From the NCBI GenBank assembly GCA_963845185.1, contig CAWJRG010000005.1, forward strand, positions 480,001 through 544,000: a DNA stretch of 64,000 bases. Reading direction: 5' to 3'. Made by a program: the position numbers and the translations under genes. Each line of letters begins with the position of its first letter. The stretch's first letter is position 1. The notes under the pieces were generated by a model that saw only the letters and a program-made list of their open reading frames with translations, did not search any database and was not told the DNA's origin. Below, one piece after another: positions 38,113 to 48,475 of the stretch. This DNA is from an uncultured bacterium (GTDB taxonomy: Bacteria; Oederibacteriota; PGYV01; CAWJRG01).

Positions 38113-40435
38113 TTTCTTTTACTGGCTTGTCTTCCTTGAACTCGCATTTTTTGCAGTATATGACCGTTTTGTCCTTTTTCCATTTTTCCAGCAGGAAAGG
38201 CGCGCCGCACACCGGGCACTTCCTGTCCACGGGTTTGTCCCACACCATGAATTTGCAGTTGGGGTAATTCGAGCACCCGTAAAATTTCCTGTATTTCTTG
38301 AATGTGCGCTCGATTATGTCGCCTGTGCCACAGTCCGGGCATTTGATTCCGGTCGATATGATTATCTGCCTCGTGTACTTGCATGCCGGGTAATTAGAAC
38401 AGGCTATGAACTTCCCAAAAGGCCCCTGCTTTATGACCAGCGGTGCGCCGTCATTCGGGCATTTCTCGTCTATCTTGTCTTCCGGTTTCTGCTCGCCGAG
38501 CGGCTTTGTGTTCTTGCAGTCCGGGTATCCCGAACAGGCAAGGAACTTGCCGTGCCTGCCCCACTTTACTATCATTTTTTTTCCGCACAACTCGCACACC
38601 TTGCCGGTTTCCGTTTCTATTATTTTTTTTGTGTCTATCATGTTAGGCTCGGCTTTCTTCAGCAGCTGCTCAAAATTCACGTAAAAATTTTTAAGCAGCT
38701 GGTGCCATTCCACGGCGCCTTCCTCTACAGCGTCGAGGTCGTCCTCCATCTTGGCGGTGAATTCCTCGTTTATGATTTCAGAAAAATTCTTCGCGAGTAT
38801 GTCCCACACAATCGTGCCAAGCTCGGTGGGCTTAAATTTTCCCCTGTCCCTCTCCACGTATTTCCTTATGACTATTGTGGAAATGATAGGCGCGTAAGTC
38901 GAAGGCCTGCCGATGTCTTTTTCCTCGAGCGCCTTTACGAGCGTGGCGTCGGTATACGCCGGCGGCGGCTGCGTAAAATGCTGCCCCGGCAGGAGCTCAA
39001 CCAGATCCAGTTTTTCGTTCATATTTAATTCCGGCAGCTGGTTTTCCTGCAGTATTTCCTTGTCCGCATCCGGTTCCTTGTTGTTCCCGTTTTCGTTGCC
39101 GTTATCGCTTTCCGCATCTGCGGCCTTGACAATGTCGTAAACCTTTAAAAAACCGTCGAATTTCTTGACCGAGCCGTTTGCCTGCAGAAGGTAAGCGCCT
39201 GCCTGTATTTTTACCCTGGTATCGTCGAATACGGCCTGGGTCATCTGCGAAGCGACGAATCTCTTCCATATCAGCGAATACAGTTTATACTGTTCCGGGC
39301 TCAGGCTTTGTTTCAAGTCTTCCGGGTTTCTTAAAACCGATGACGGCCTTATGGCTTCATGCGCGTCCTGTGATGATTTTTTGCTTTTATAAAAATTGGG
39401 CGTCTCAGGCGCGTATGCCGGTCCGAAATCCGCGCGGATATAGTCAAGCGCTTCTTTCTGCGCTTCGGCCGCCACTCTCAAAGAATCTGTCCTCATATAT
39501 GTTATTAATCCTACATGCCCCTCGCCGTGTATCAGCACTCCTTCGTAAAGCTGCTGGGCTATGACCATTGTTTTCTGGGCAGTGTACCTGTAGCGCTTTG
39601 CAGCTTCCTGCTGCATTGTGCTTGTGATAAAAGGAGGCAGCGGTTTGCGCGACCTTTCCTTTTTCTGTATGTCGGAAACAATATAAGACTGGGCCTTCAA
39701 TTCCTCAACTATTTTATCTGCTTCTTCCTTTATTTTAACTTCAATTTTTTGACCGTCTTTTTCAGTAAGTTTTGCGGTCAGCTTCTGCTTGCCTGCGTTT
39801 TCAAGCAGGGCTTCCACGCTCCAGTATTCCATTGGCTGGAAAGCGTCTATTTCCTTCTGCCTGTCCACTATCAGTTTGAGCGCGACCGACTGCACTCTGC
39901 CGGCCGACAGACCTTTTCTTATGGTCTTCCACAAAAGCGGGCTTATCTTGTATCCCACCAGCCTGTCCAGTATCCTCCGCGCCTGCTGGGCGTTGACCAG
40001 ATTCATGTTTATTTCCTGCGGGTTTTCCAGGGATTTAAGCACGGCTGTTTTTGTTATCTCGTTGAACATCACCCTTGAGATTTTAGCGTCGCCCTGTTTT
40101 TTGAGCTCGTCTGCAACGTGCCAGCATATTGCCTCGCCCTCCCTGTCAGGGTCTGCGCCGAGGAATATTTCACTGGCTCCCTTTACTTCCTTTTTTATTT
40201 CGCTTAAAATTTTCCTTTTGTCGCGCATTACTATATATGATGGCTCAAAATTGTTTTCCACGTCCACGCCAAGCTTGCTTTTGGGAAGGTCCTTAAGATG
40301 CCCTTTTGTCGCCAGTACCTTGTATCCGGCACCCAAAAACTTTTTTATGGTATGGACTTTTGTCGGCGACTCGACTATCAATACTTTTCCCGGACCTGCT
40401 TTTGATTTCTTTTTGCTCTTTTCAGTATTTTCCAA
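38105..40435 (-). CDS. topA: DNA topoisomerase I
   Basis: VESPTK, DPDREGE, SAGRVQS, ITYMRTDS, C-terminal Zn ribbons. Confidence 0.98.
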   Translation of the reverse strand: MENTEKSKKKSKAGPGKVLIVESPTKVHTIKKFLGAGYKVLATKGHLKDLPKSKLGVDVENNFEPSYIVMRDKRKILSEIKKEVKGASEIFLGADPDREGEAICWHVADELKKQGDAKISRVMFNEITKTAVLKSLENPQEINMNLVNAQQARRILDRLVGYKISPLLWKTIRKGLSAGRVQSVALKLIVDRQKEIDAFQPMEYWSVEALLENAGKQKLTAKLTEKDGQKIEVKIKEEADKIVEELKAQSYIVSDIQKKERSRKPLPPFITSTMQQEAAKRYRYTAQKTMVIAQQLYEGVLIHGEGHVGLITYMRTDSLRVAAEAQKEALDYIRADFGPAYAPETPNFYKSKKSSQDAHEAIRPSSVLRNPEDLKQSLSPEQYKLYSLIWKRFVASQMTQAVFDDTRVKIQAGAYLLQANGSVKKFDGFLKVYDIVKAADAESDNGNENGNNKEPDADKEILQENQLPELNMNEKLDLVELLPGQHFTQPPPAYTDATLVKALEEKDIGRPSTYAPIISTIVIRKYVERDRGKFKPTELGTIVWDILAKNFSEIINEEFTAKMEDDLDAVEEGAVEWHQLLKNFYVNFEQLLKKAEPNMIDTKKIIETETGKVCELCGKKMIVKWGRHGKFLACSGYPDCKNTKPLGEQKPEDKIDEKCPNDGAPLVIKQGPFGKFIACSNYPACKYTRQIIISTGIKCPDCGTGDIIERTFKKYRKFYGCSNYPNCKFMVWDKPVDRKCPVCGAPFLLEKWKKDKTVIYCKKCEFKEDKPVKENE

Positions 40436-40464
40436 TGTCTTCTCCCGTAATTTTTAACCTTGCC

Positions 40465-41586
40465 TTACTTCGTCCTTACGAAATTTTTCCCGCTCAACTG
40501 CCTGACCACGCCTTTTAATTCCAGCATTGTCATGATTCCGGCCAATTTAAATACATCCATATTACTTTCGATTGCGATATTGTCAATATGTTTTTTCTCA
40601 AACCCTATTGCCTCGACTATTTTTCTTTCGCTTTCATTCAGGTCAACAAGCTCCAGTTCCGCCTGTATATCCTCTTTCCTGTCGTCTTTTAAAAATATTT
40701 CGAACTCTTCCATGATATCTTTCGCGTTTTGCACAAGCTTTGCTCCCTGGGAAATCAGGCCGTTCGTCCCGACTGACTTTTCATAAAAAATACTCCCGGG
40801 TATGGCAAAGACTTCCCTGCCCTGCTCGAGCGCGCAGTCTGCGGTTATCAGTGCGCCGCTTCTTCTCCCGGCCTCGACAATAAGCACGCCGTCGGACAGG
40901 CCGCTTATAAGCCGGTTTCTGCGCGGAAAATTTTGTTTTAAAGGCAGCATTGCAAGCGGGAACTCCGAAATGACCAGGCCGTTCTTTATTATATTTTTTG
41001 TCATGTAATGTTTTTCAAGCGGATGAACCATGTTCATTCCAAACCCGAGCACAGCGATGGTGAAAAACCCGTTTTTTAACGCTTCCATGTGCGCCACGGA
41101 ATCTATGCCCCGCGCCATGCCGCTGACGATTATAAAATCACGCTTTGTTTCCTTCATTTCTTTCATGATTTTTTGCAGCGCCCTTTCGCCGTAATCGGTC
41201 GCTGCCCTGGTGCCGACAACTCCTATATTCAAGGCGGATTTTGGTATGGAATCGAAGGCGCCTGCGCAGTACAAGACAGGCGGCGGGTCAAATATTTTTT
41301 TCAGAAGCAGCGGGTAGTCCTCGTCGTATATGGTGATTATTTTTATATTTTTTTCTTCAGCTTCCTTTAACTCGTTTTCAAGCGAGTAATACTCGTCAAA
41401 ATTTTTTATGTATTTTATTATCTCGTCCCCTATGCCGTCGACAGCTGTTAATTCTTCGCAGGAAGCTCCAAACGCGTCTTTCGGGTTTTTAAACCTGCCT
41501 ATAAGCCTGTTCAGCCTCACGCTGCCGACGCCCGGCACCATGTTGAGCGCGATTAAGGCTTCTTTTTCAGTCATATTTTCATTCAT
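40465..41586 (-). CDS. dprA: DNA-processing protein DprA
   Basis: DPPPVLY, VGTR, VSGMARGID, FPRRNRLISGLS, GALITA. Confidence 0.96.
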   Translation of the reverse strand: MNENMTEKEALIALNMVPGVGSVRLNRLIGRFKNPKDAFGASCEELTAVDGIGDEIIKYIKNFDEYYSLENELKEAEEKNIKIITIYDEDYPLLLKKIFDPPPVLYCAGAFDSIPKSALNIGVVGTRAATDYGERALQKIMKEMKETKRDFIIVSGMARGIDSVAHMEALKNGFFTIAVLGFGMNMVHPLEKHYMTKNIIKNGLVISEFPLAMLPLKQNFPRRNRLISGLSDGVLIVEAGRRSGALITADCALEQGREVFAIPGSIFYEKSVGTNGLISQGAKLVQNAKDIMEEFEIFLKDDRKEDIQAELELVDLNESERKIVEAIGFEKKHIDNIAIESNMDVFKLAGIMTMLELKGVVRQLSGKNFVRTK

Positions 41587-41588
41587 GA

Positions 41589-41786
41589 GTGGAACCCCGC
41601 CGACACGAGTCGGCGGCTCCTTTAAAAACCACCGGAGGTTATCATAAGTTCCCTCCGGAAAGGTATAATTAATCCCCCACAAAATCGGGGGGATTTCTTT
41701 CTGGATTTATTTTCACTCGGTTTTGTTAATTTTATTCAGGAATCTAAAATTTGGATAATAATATATAGAATTTTTAATAATGTCAA
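41589..41786 (-). promoter_or_regulatory. dprA promoter and three-hairpin leader (IS200/IS605-end-like)
   Basis: TTGACA-N17-TATTAT (41786-41758); hairpins at 41671-41695, 41632-41658 and 41591-41620. Confidence 0.55.
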
Positions 41787-41827
41787 GTTTATCTTGCCGT
41801 CGATAGAAAAAAATTATTGGCTGATTT

Positions 41828-42598
41828 TTACCAGCCTTCTTTTTCATCGGGATTTGGCTTGTTGTTTTTTTCACCCAGTGAAAAATCAAAAACAATGCCG
41901 GCTCCGAAATATGGCCCGGAATAGTCAAGGTTTCCATTCTCGGTAACCGTCTCGTACCCCGTTTCATTATAATTAACTTCTGTGCTGCCTTTGGCTACCC
42001 TGTATCCGCCCTTCAAAGATATCGCGAATGACTTTAAAATCCACAGGTCTACGCCGCATTCTATATTGACGCCGAAGAAAAAAGGTTTCCAGTCGCGCGT
42101 GACTTCATATGCTTCCGTGCCGTCCTGATTATATAATTCTTCCTTAATATGGTTGTTGAAATAATAATAGGCGCCCGCGTCCGCGCCCAGGTACATGGCC
42201 ATAAAATATTTTCTCAGTCCTAATCCGCTGTAAAAAACCGAAAAATCCGAATCAACAGTGTAAAGCGCCTGGCCTGGCGACCAGTATGCAATCGTTTGCT
42301 TGTCGGGTAAACCCAGCCAGTAGTTCTTGAAGTACACGCCCCATTCGCCCGCGTTTTTGCTGTCCATCTTCATGACATAATTAATTTCCACAAAAGGGCC
42401 GGCGTTGAGTTTTGTGAATTGGGCTTTTAGGTCGTATCCCTTGAAATAAAGCTCATTTTCCTGCATTTCCTTGTTGTAATCCGTCAGGGCCGCATTGTTA
42501 TAACCGCTGAATATCTCCAGGCAATTTTTGTTTTCCGCGTAAAGGTTAAAAGAACATAATATGCAGAATAAAATAAAAAGTGTTGTGTGTTTTTTCAT
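41828..42598 (-). CDS. Hypothetical outer-membrane beta-barrel protein
   Basis: Signal peptide MKKHTT...; YSGPYFGAGIVFDF terminal strand. Confidence 0.65.
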   Translation of the reverse strand: MKKHTTLFILFCILCSFNLYAENKNCLEIFSGYNNAALTDYNKEMQENELYFKGYDLKAQFTKLNAGPFVEINYVMKMDSKNAGEWGVYFKNYWLGLPDKQTIAYWSPGQALYTVDSDFSVFYSGLGLRKYFMAMYLGADAGAYYYFNNHIKEELYNQDGTEAYEVTRDWKPFFFGVNIECGVDLWILKSFAISLKGGYRVAKGSTEVNYNETGYETVTENGNLDYSGPYFGAGIVFDFSLGEKNNKPNPDEKEGW

Positions 42599-42629
42599 TC
42601 TCCCCCTTTGCTCCCCGCTCAGCATGTCT

Positions 42630-44762
42630 TTACACAAAATTTATTTCTATTTGCGCGCCGTTGTTAATCAGCGTCGTATAACCTGCTTTTTCGCCGTTAA
42701 CCCGCAGTTCAAGCATCTTGCCTTTCATCTGGTCACGGTCTATCGGGTAGTACCTGAAAATGCTGGACAGCAATATTTGCTCGTCTTTGGCTTTTGTTTC
42801 TATATTCGCCCCGTTAATCAGGAATTCGTCTTCTGAAACTTTTTTGCCGTTCATGTAAATTTCAAAATTTTCGCTTTCTATCCCGTACAGCTTGCCGTTT
42901 ATGTACACTTCGATTTTTTTCTTCGCGGAATATTTTAATACATCCCTTATCCTGTAATAAACCGGGACGTTTTTAAACTCGACTTTATCCATGTTCCTGA
43001 TTTTATATTCCATCGAAACATCCATGCCGTTTACTTTAAGCTGGTAACTTTTCTGTTTCAAAACGACAGGTTCACCGCCGATTGTTATTATTATATCCCT
43101 TTCATTTGTGTCCCGGGCGGCAAAACCGCATTTAAGCAGGGCATCTTTAATTGTCTCTATCTTTTCCACGGATATTTCCGCCCTGTCAACGACAGGCTCA
43201 TTGATAGATATTTCCCTGCCAGCCAGAAACGCCTGCGGGTAAATTTCGGTTATTTTGCCGTTTATTTCGATTGTGGTGAAATATTCTTCAGGTATGATTG
43301 CCCTGATTGTGGCGGCCGCGTCCTCGCCGTCTTTTGTGCCTGTTATTTCTATTTTATCACCTTTTTTAATTTCATCTTCGAGCGTCTTTCCCGCGCCGTT
43401 GACATAAATCTTCGAATGCTCGCCCTTCCCGCCGCGCAGTATCTTGATCTCTTTATTAAACGTAAAAGTTATCGCGCCTCCCGGTTTGCCGTATAAATTT
43501 TTAAGTTCTATACCCCGCGCGATTACGGCGTCTATAACTTTTATCTTGCTTTCCATGTTTATAATGTAAGTTTTTTCGCCGTTGACATCCACGTCGACGA
43601 ACCCGAGCCCTCTTTTATAAAGCGCTGTTTCCAGAATACCGAGCGGGGTTATGCCTTCTGTTCCGGCAAGCGAATCGGGCAGGTTTACTATGTTCAGGAT
43701 GTTTTTGGGCAGCCTGCTTCCCACGCGCACTGCCGGCAAGCCAAGGTTTTCCGCCACTTTCTCGCGCAGGATTTCCAGCCCGCTGCCTCCGCCCACCATT
43801 ATTACTGCCTGCGGCTGTTTTAAGTTTAAATTAAAAATCCCGTCGGCAATTTCCCTTGCAAGCTCTTCGGTTTTTTCGCTTATGGCTTTTTTAAAATCCT
43901 CGTAAGCCACAAAAATTTTATTGTTGAAAATATCCTCGGTTTCAATGCCCCATTCCTTGTCGATAAACCGCTTTATCTTTTCGCCGTTTTTAAAGTCAAC
44001 AAGGAACTTATTGCATATTTCTTCTGTTATTTCATCGCCTGCCTTCGGAATCATCCCGTATGCCGTTATTTTATCCTTGTCGGTTATGGCTATATCCGAT
44101 GTGCCTGCGCCGACGTCGACAAGGGCCAGGTTCAGGAGCCTCATGTCTTCCGGTATGGTAACGTAAAGCGCTGCAATTGGTTCCAGGGTTATTGCCTCTA
44201 TTTCGAGCGAGCAGTTTTTCAGCACGCCAAGCAGGCTGTCAAAGACAATTTTCGGCAGGAAAGTGACTATTGTGTTTATATAAAATTTTTCTTTTGCAAT
44301 TTGCTGCAAGGGGTTTTTTATTGTCTGTCCGTCTATCATGTAAAACACCGGAGAAAAACCCACGCAGTAATAATCTGTTTTTTTCTTTTCAATAATGGCG
44401 GTGTGGGCGGCGCGCACGCTTTCAAGCTCAATATAAGACAAGTCTTCCCTGGTAATTTCCCCTTTTTTGTCCATCGTGGCTTCGGCAATTTCGGTGTGCA
44501 GATTTCTGCCGGCAAGTGCCGTGGTAACCTTGCTTATTGTAATATTGTTTCTTGCCTCAAGTTCTTTTTTTATCCTGCCAACTATATTGCTTACTTCCTC
44601 TATATTATGTATCTGCCCATCGAGCATTGCCCTGCTTTCATGCTCGCGGACCACTGCGTCTATTATGCAGACTTTCCCGTCCCTAATATCGCCCAGTATG
44701 CCTGCAACTTTTCTGGTTCCTATATCAAGCGCAAAAACCATTTTTCTCCCCTTTTCATGCAA
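42630..44762 (-). CDS. FtsA/PilM-like actin-family ATPase with C-terminal beta-grasp-like repeats
   Basis: ALDIGTRK, LEPIAA, VDVGAGTSD, VGGGS; repeated VNG.....(I/L)..GD.IE units. Confidence 0.85.
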   Translation of the reverse strand: MHEKGRKMVFALDIGTRKVAGILGDIRDGKVCIIDAVVREHESRAMLDGQIHNIEEVSNIVGRIKKELEARNNITISKVTTALAGRNLHTEIAEATMDKKGEITREDLSYIELESVRAAHTAIIEKKKTDYYCVGFSPVFYMIDGQTIKNPLQQIAKEKFYINTIVTFLPKIVFDSLLGVLKNCSLEIEAITLEPIAALYVTIPEDMRLLNLALVDVGAGTSDIAITDKDKITAYGMIPKAGDEITEEICNKFLVDFKNGEKIKRFIDKEWGIETEDIFNNKIFVAYEDFKKAISEKTEELAREIADGIFNLNLKQPQAVIMVGGGSGLEILREKVAENLGLPAVRVGSRLPKNILNIVNLPDSLAGTEGITPLGILETALYKRGLGFVDVDVNGEKTYIINMESKIKVIDAVIARGIELKNLYGKPGGAITFTFNKEIKILRGGKGEHSKIYVNGAGKTLEDEIKKGDKIEITGTKDGEDAAATIRAIIPEEYFTTIEINGKITEIYPQAFLAGREISINEPVVDRAEISVEKIETIKDALLKCGFAARDTNERDIIITIGGEPVVLKQKSYQLKVNGMDVSMEYKIRNMDKVEFKNVPVYYRIRDVLKYSAKKKIEVYINGKLYGIESENFEIYMNGKKVSEDEFLINGANIETKAKDEQILLSSIFRYYPIDRDQMKGKMLELRVNGEKAGYTTLINNGAQIEINFV

Positions 44763-44783
44763 GATCGGTCATGTGGTACCGGC

Positions 44784-45404
44784 TCATGCCCTAATTACCG
44801 AAAGCAGTACCTTGACTGACGGTATATCAGGCACTAAAAGCAGATACCCTTTTATTACTTCGTCGTTTGCCGCTGAAAACTGGGTCTCAACGCATAATAT
44901 ATTGTTTGAAAGCCCTTCCACTCCCTCGCCTATGGATGTCAAAATAGCAGAGGCTATGTCAAAAACCAGGTTCGGCACCGAAGGCAGCAGCAAAATACCC
45001 AGGAATTCATTTAAAGCATTTAAGTAAGCGCCTGCCAGTATATTTCCTGTTTCTTTAATCGCCGAACTTCCTATTTCCGAAAGGACTTTTGTAGTGCCTG
45101 ATTTTTTTTGCAGAAGCATGTCGGCAAGCGACAGCGCGCTTTCCCGCGTTAACAAAAGCACTATTTTTGCTGTTATATCTCCCAGCACATTCATCACAAT
45201 GCCGGCAACAAGGCTGTTTGCATCGCCTATAAGCCCTGAAATGTCGGTGAGTTTAATCACCTTGACCTCCGGGACTGTTATCATTATCTTTCTTTTTATA
45301 AGCTGGGACATCGCTGTTGCCGCATGCCCGGCTCCTATATTTCCAACCTCTTTTAGCGCGTCCACCTGAGCGTCTGTTAAGTTAAGCAAAATTTCGTCTG
45401 ACAT
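44784..45404 (-). CDS. cheC: CheC phosphatase (copy 2)
   Basis: DALKEVGNIGAGHAATA and SAIKETGNI (ExxN motifs). Confidence 0.93.
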   Translation of the reverse strand: MSDEILLNLTDAQVDALKEVGNIGAGHAATAMSQLIKRKIMITVPEVKVIKLTDISGLIGDANSLVAGIVMNVLGDITAKIVLLLTRESALSLADMLLQKKSGTTKVLSEIGSSAIKETGNILAGAYLNALNEFLGILLLPSVPNLVFDIASAILTSIGEGVEGLSNNILCVETQFSAANDEVIKGYLLLVPDIPSVKVLLSVIRA

Positions 45405-45460
45405 TTTTCTCCAATCGTTGTTATCGTTTTATATAACTGTTAGCGGCCGTTGAAACGGGA

Positions 45461-47407
45461 TTAAATCAACGCCGGCACATCCACTATAAGGCTTATTTTC
45501 CCGTCGCCCAGTATTGTAACTCCTGAAAAACCTCTGGCATATCTTAGAAATTCCCCGAGGCTTTTTATCGCGATTTCCTGCTGTCCCATGACCTCGTCTA
45601 TTTCCAGGGCTATCTTTTTGTCCCTGACTTCCACTATGACTATATTGACTATTTCTTTTTCTTTCCGTTCCTTTTTCAAAAGTTCCGCGAGGCTTATTAT
45701 AGGTATAACTTCGCTTCTCAATATTATCACGCGTTTTTCCTGTATTAATTTTATTTCGGCAGCCGGAATTTCAAGCGTTTCAGTTGTATGGATTACAGGA
45801 AGCGCATATATGTTGCCGCTCGATTTTATAAGCAGGGCTTGTATAATAGCAAGCGTTAAAGGCAATTTCAATGTAAATTTTGTTCCTTCGCCCGGAAAAT
45901 TTTCAATTTTAAAAGTCCCGCCAAAAGATTCCACTTTCGTTTTTACCACATCCACGCCCACACCCCTGCCTGACATTTTATCGGCCTTGTCAACGGTGGA
46001 AAAACCCGGCAATGCTATAAGGCTTATTGCCTCTTCATCGGTTAATGACTTTACCTTTTCTTCCGTCATTATGTTTTTTTCCAGTGCTTTTTTACGGACT
46101 TTTGAAACATCAATACCTCTGCCGTCGTCCGAGACTTCTATTAAAACAGAGTTTCTTTCCCTTCTCGCAGAAATCCTGATAAGGCCCTTTTTATTTTTTC
46201 CCAGGTTGGTGCGCGCTTCGGGCGGCTCAACGCCGTGGCCAACAGCATTCCTTATAAGGTGTATCATCGGCTCTGTTATTTCTTCAAGGAGAGTCCTGTC
46301 GATTTCAATATCGCCCCCTGTTATTTCAACCTCAATTTCTTTTCCCGCTTCCTGCGCCATGTCCCTTATCATTCTGGGATACCTTTCAAAAATATGGGAT
46401 ACGGGCAGCATCCTCACCTGCGTGACCTCAACCTGCAGTTCGTCTATTATCCTGTCAAGCTCGGTTGTTGTCTCTAAAAGCTGGTTGTATTTTTTTTCTT
46501 TGGATATCTGGTCAAGCCTTATTTTATTTATTACAAGCTCTCCGACAAGGTTCATCATGATGTCCAGTTTGTCGATATTTACCCTGACGCTTTGCGAAGC
46601 CGCTGCTTCTTTTTTTCCCTTATCTTTCGCCTTATCCTCCGTATCTTTTATACTGGTGGCAACGGCCGGGCTTTCTTTCACTTCATCAACCGCGACTTTT
46701 TCGATCTCGGCTATTTTTAAAAGGATTTTTTCCACATCTTCCCGGGCAATTTGAGATATAAAAACAAGAAAAAAAGAATTGTCAAAATTTCCTTCCTCAA
46801 TGTCCTTTGCGGGTGGGCTTGATTTGATTATTTCACCTTTCTCGGATAAATTTCTGAACACCATAAAAGCCCTTACATTTTTGAAAACGCAGCCTTTTGC
46901 TATATTTACTTTTACTTTGTATATTTTTAAATTTTGAGCCTGCGCTTCTTTAATGACGTTTTCTTCAACTTCAATGTCTATTTCTGCAGCTTTATTTTCT
47001 TCATTTTTTTTTATTGCTTCGGCTTCGTTCGAAAGCATGTTTTTGATGTCTTTTATTATATCCTTGTAATCGTCCGTAGTATCCATATTCTGACGTAATA
47101 TGCTTTCTATAAATTTATCCAGCGTATCCACGCTTTTAAACAGTAAATTTATTACGGAATCATCCATGGCCATTTTTCCGTCCCTTATCCTGTCCATGAC
47201 TTCTTCAAGCATATGTGTAAACTCCGCCAGCCTGTCGTAACCCATGGTGGCAGCCATGCCTTTTAACGTGTGGGATGAGCGGAAAAGTTCGTTTAAGGGC
47301 GTAATGTCGCTGATGTTTTTTTCAAGCACGAGCAGGGCATTATTCATGTTTTTTATGTGGTCTTTTGCTTCCTCTATGAAAATATCCTTGTAATTTTCGA
47401 CGTCCAT
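45461..47407 (-). CDS. cheA: Chemotaxis histidine kinase
   Basis: HPt FRSSHTLKG, P2 domain, HLIRNAVGHG, DDGRG, GRGVG, CheW-like C-terminus. Confidence 0.98.
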   Translation of the reverse strand: MDVENYKDIFIEEAKDHIKNMNNALLVLEKNISDITPLNELFRSSHTLKGMAATMGYDRLAEFTHMLEEVMDRIRDGKMAMDDSVINLLFKSVDTLDKFIESILRQNMDTTDDYKDIIKDIKNMLSNEAEAIKKNEENKAAEIDIEVEENVIKEAQAQNLKIYKVKVNIAKGCVFKNVRAFMVFRNLSEKGEIIKSSPPAKDIEEGNFDNSFFLVFISQIAREDVEKILLKIAEIEKVAVDEVKESPAVATSIKDTEDKAKDKGKKEAAASQSVRVNIDKLDIMMNLVGELVINKIRLDQISKEKKYNQLLETTTELDRIIDELQVEVTQVRMLPVSHIFERYPRMIRDMAQEAGKEIEVEITGGDIEIDRTLLEEITEPMIHLIRNAVGHGVEPPEARTNLGKNKKGLIRISARRERNSVLIEVSDDGRGIDVSKVRKKALEKNIMTEEKVKSLTDEEAISLIALPGFSTVDKADKMSGRGVGVDVVKTKVESFGGTFKIENFPGEGTKFTLKLPLTLAIIQALLIKSSGNIYALPVIHTTETLEIPAAEIKLIQEKRVIILRSEVIPIISLAELLKKERKEKEIVNIVIVEVRDKKIALEIDEVMGQQEIAIKSLGEFLRYARGFSGVTILGDGKISLIVDVPALI

Positions 47408-47416
47408 TTGTACCCT

Positions 47417-48469
47417 CTATCTTTTCTCTATGGCGTCAATTATGGCTTCGGTTACTTTGTCGACAGAAACAACCACGTCCACTATTCCTTTATCAACGGC
47501 AGCTTTGGGCATGCCGTAAATAACCGAAGTTTCCTTGTCCTGCGCTATTATGATTCCATTTTTTTCTTTTACCTTTTCAAGGCCGGCTGCCCCGTCTTTT
47601 CCCATGCCTGTCAGGACGACGCCTATTATCCTGCCCTTAAAATTTTCCGCCACCGAAAAAAAAGTCATGTCCGCCGACGGCCTTACCCCAGACCTGAACG
47701 GTTTCTGGTTTAAGTCTATGGAATACATGTTGTTTCCGTTTTCTTTTATTTCCATATGGTAATTGCCGGGTGCAAGGTATGCCATGCCTGTTTTTATCAC
47801 GTCGTCCTGCGCCGCTTCTTTCACGGTTATTATCGACTGGTCGTTAAGTCTGTCGGCCAGTGTTTTTGTAAATCCGGGCGACATATGTTGTACTATTAAA
47901 AAACTGGCAGGAATATCGCGTGGTATGCGCGGCACAATATCGCTTAATGCTTTTGGACCGCCTGTTGACGCCGCGATTACAACCATTATATCCTGTTCTA
48001 TTTCATGTTTTTTTTCATACTTTTTCTTTTCTATATTCGCAGGGGTTATGAATACGAGCTTTGAAGGGTCGACCATTTTTGCGGTTTTTATTTTATCAAG
48101 AAGTTCGCCTTGGATTTTTTTTATGTCTATTGATATTTCGCCGGATGGTTTGCAGACAAAATCAACAGCGCCGTATTCCAGCGCCTGCAGGGTTATTTCC
48201 GCTCCCTTGGGGGTATAAGCCGAAACCATGATCACGGGCGTCGGCGCTTCACTCATTATATAGCCGAGCGTCTGAAGGCCGTTAAGCCTGGGCATTTCAA
48301 CATCGAGGGTAATAACGTCCGGCTTAAGTTCCCGTAATTTTTTCAGCGCCTCGTTGCCGTCTTTTGCAGTGCCTATGACTTCGATTTCCTTGTTTTCTTC
48401 AAGCATCTGCGATATTACCTTGCGCATAAAAGATGAATCGTCAACAACAAGGACTTTTATCATATCCAT
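47417..48469 (-). CDS. cheB: Chemotaxis methylesterase (REC + CheB)
   Basis: ASTGGP, QHMS, TGMGKDGA. Confidence 0.98.
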   Translation of the reverse strand: MDMIKVLVVDDSSFMRKVISQMLEENKEIEVIGTAKDGNEALKKLRELKPDVITLDVEMPRLNGLQTLGYIMSEAPTPVIMVSAYTPKGAEITLQALEYGAVDFVCKPSGEISIDIKKIQGELLDKIKTAKMVDPSKLVFITPANIEKKKYEKKHEIEQDIMVVIAASTGGPKALSDIVPRIPRDIPASFLIVQHMSPGFTKTLADRLNDQSIITVKEAAQDDVIKTGMAYLAPGNYHMEIKENGNNMYSIDLNQKPFRSGVRPSADMTFFSVAENFKGRIIGVVLTGMGKDGAAGLEKVKEKNGIIIAQDKETSVIYGMPKAAVDKGIVDVVVSVDKVTEAIIDAIEKR

Positions 48470-48475
48470 GTATTG

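Noticed and set aside
38063..39028. 321-aa alternative-frame ORF inside topA, and other long antisense ORFs in cheA and pilB
   Set aside because: Fully overlapped by well-conserved genes and lacking recognisable motifs.
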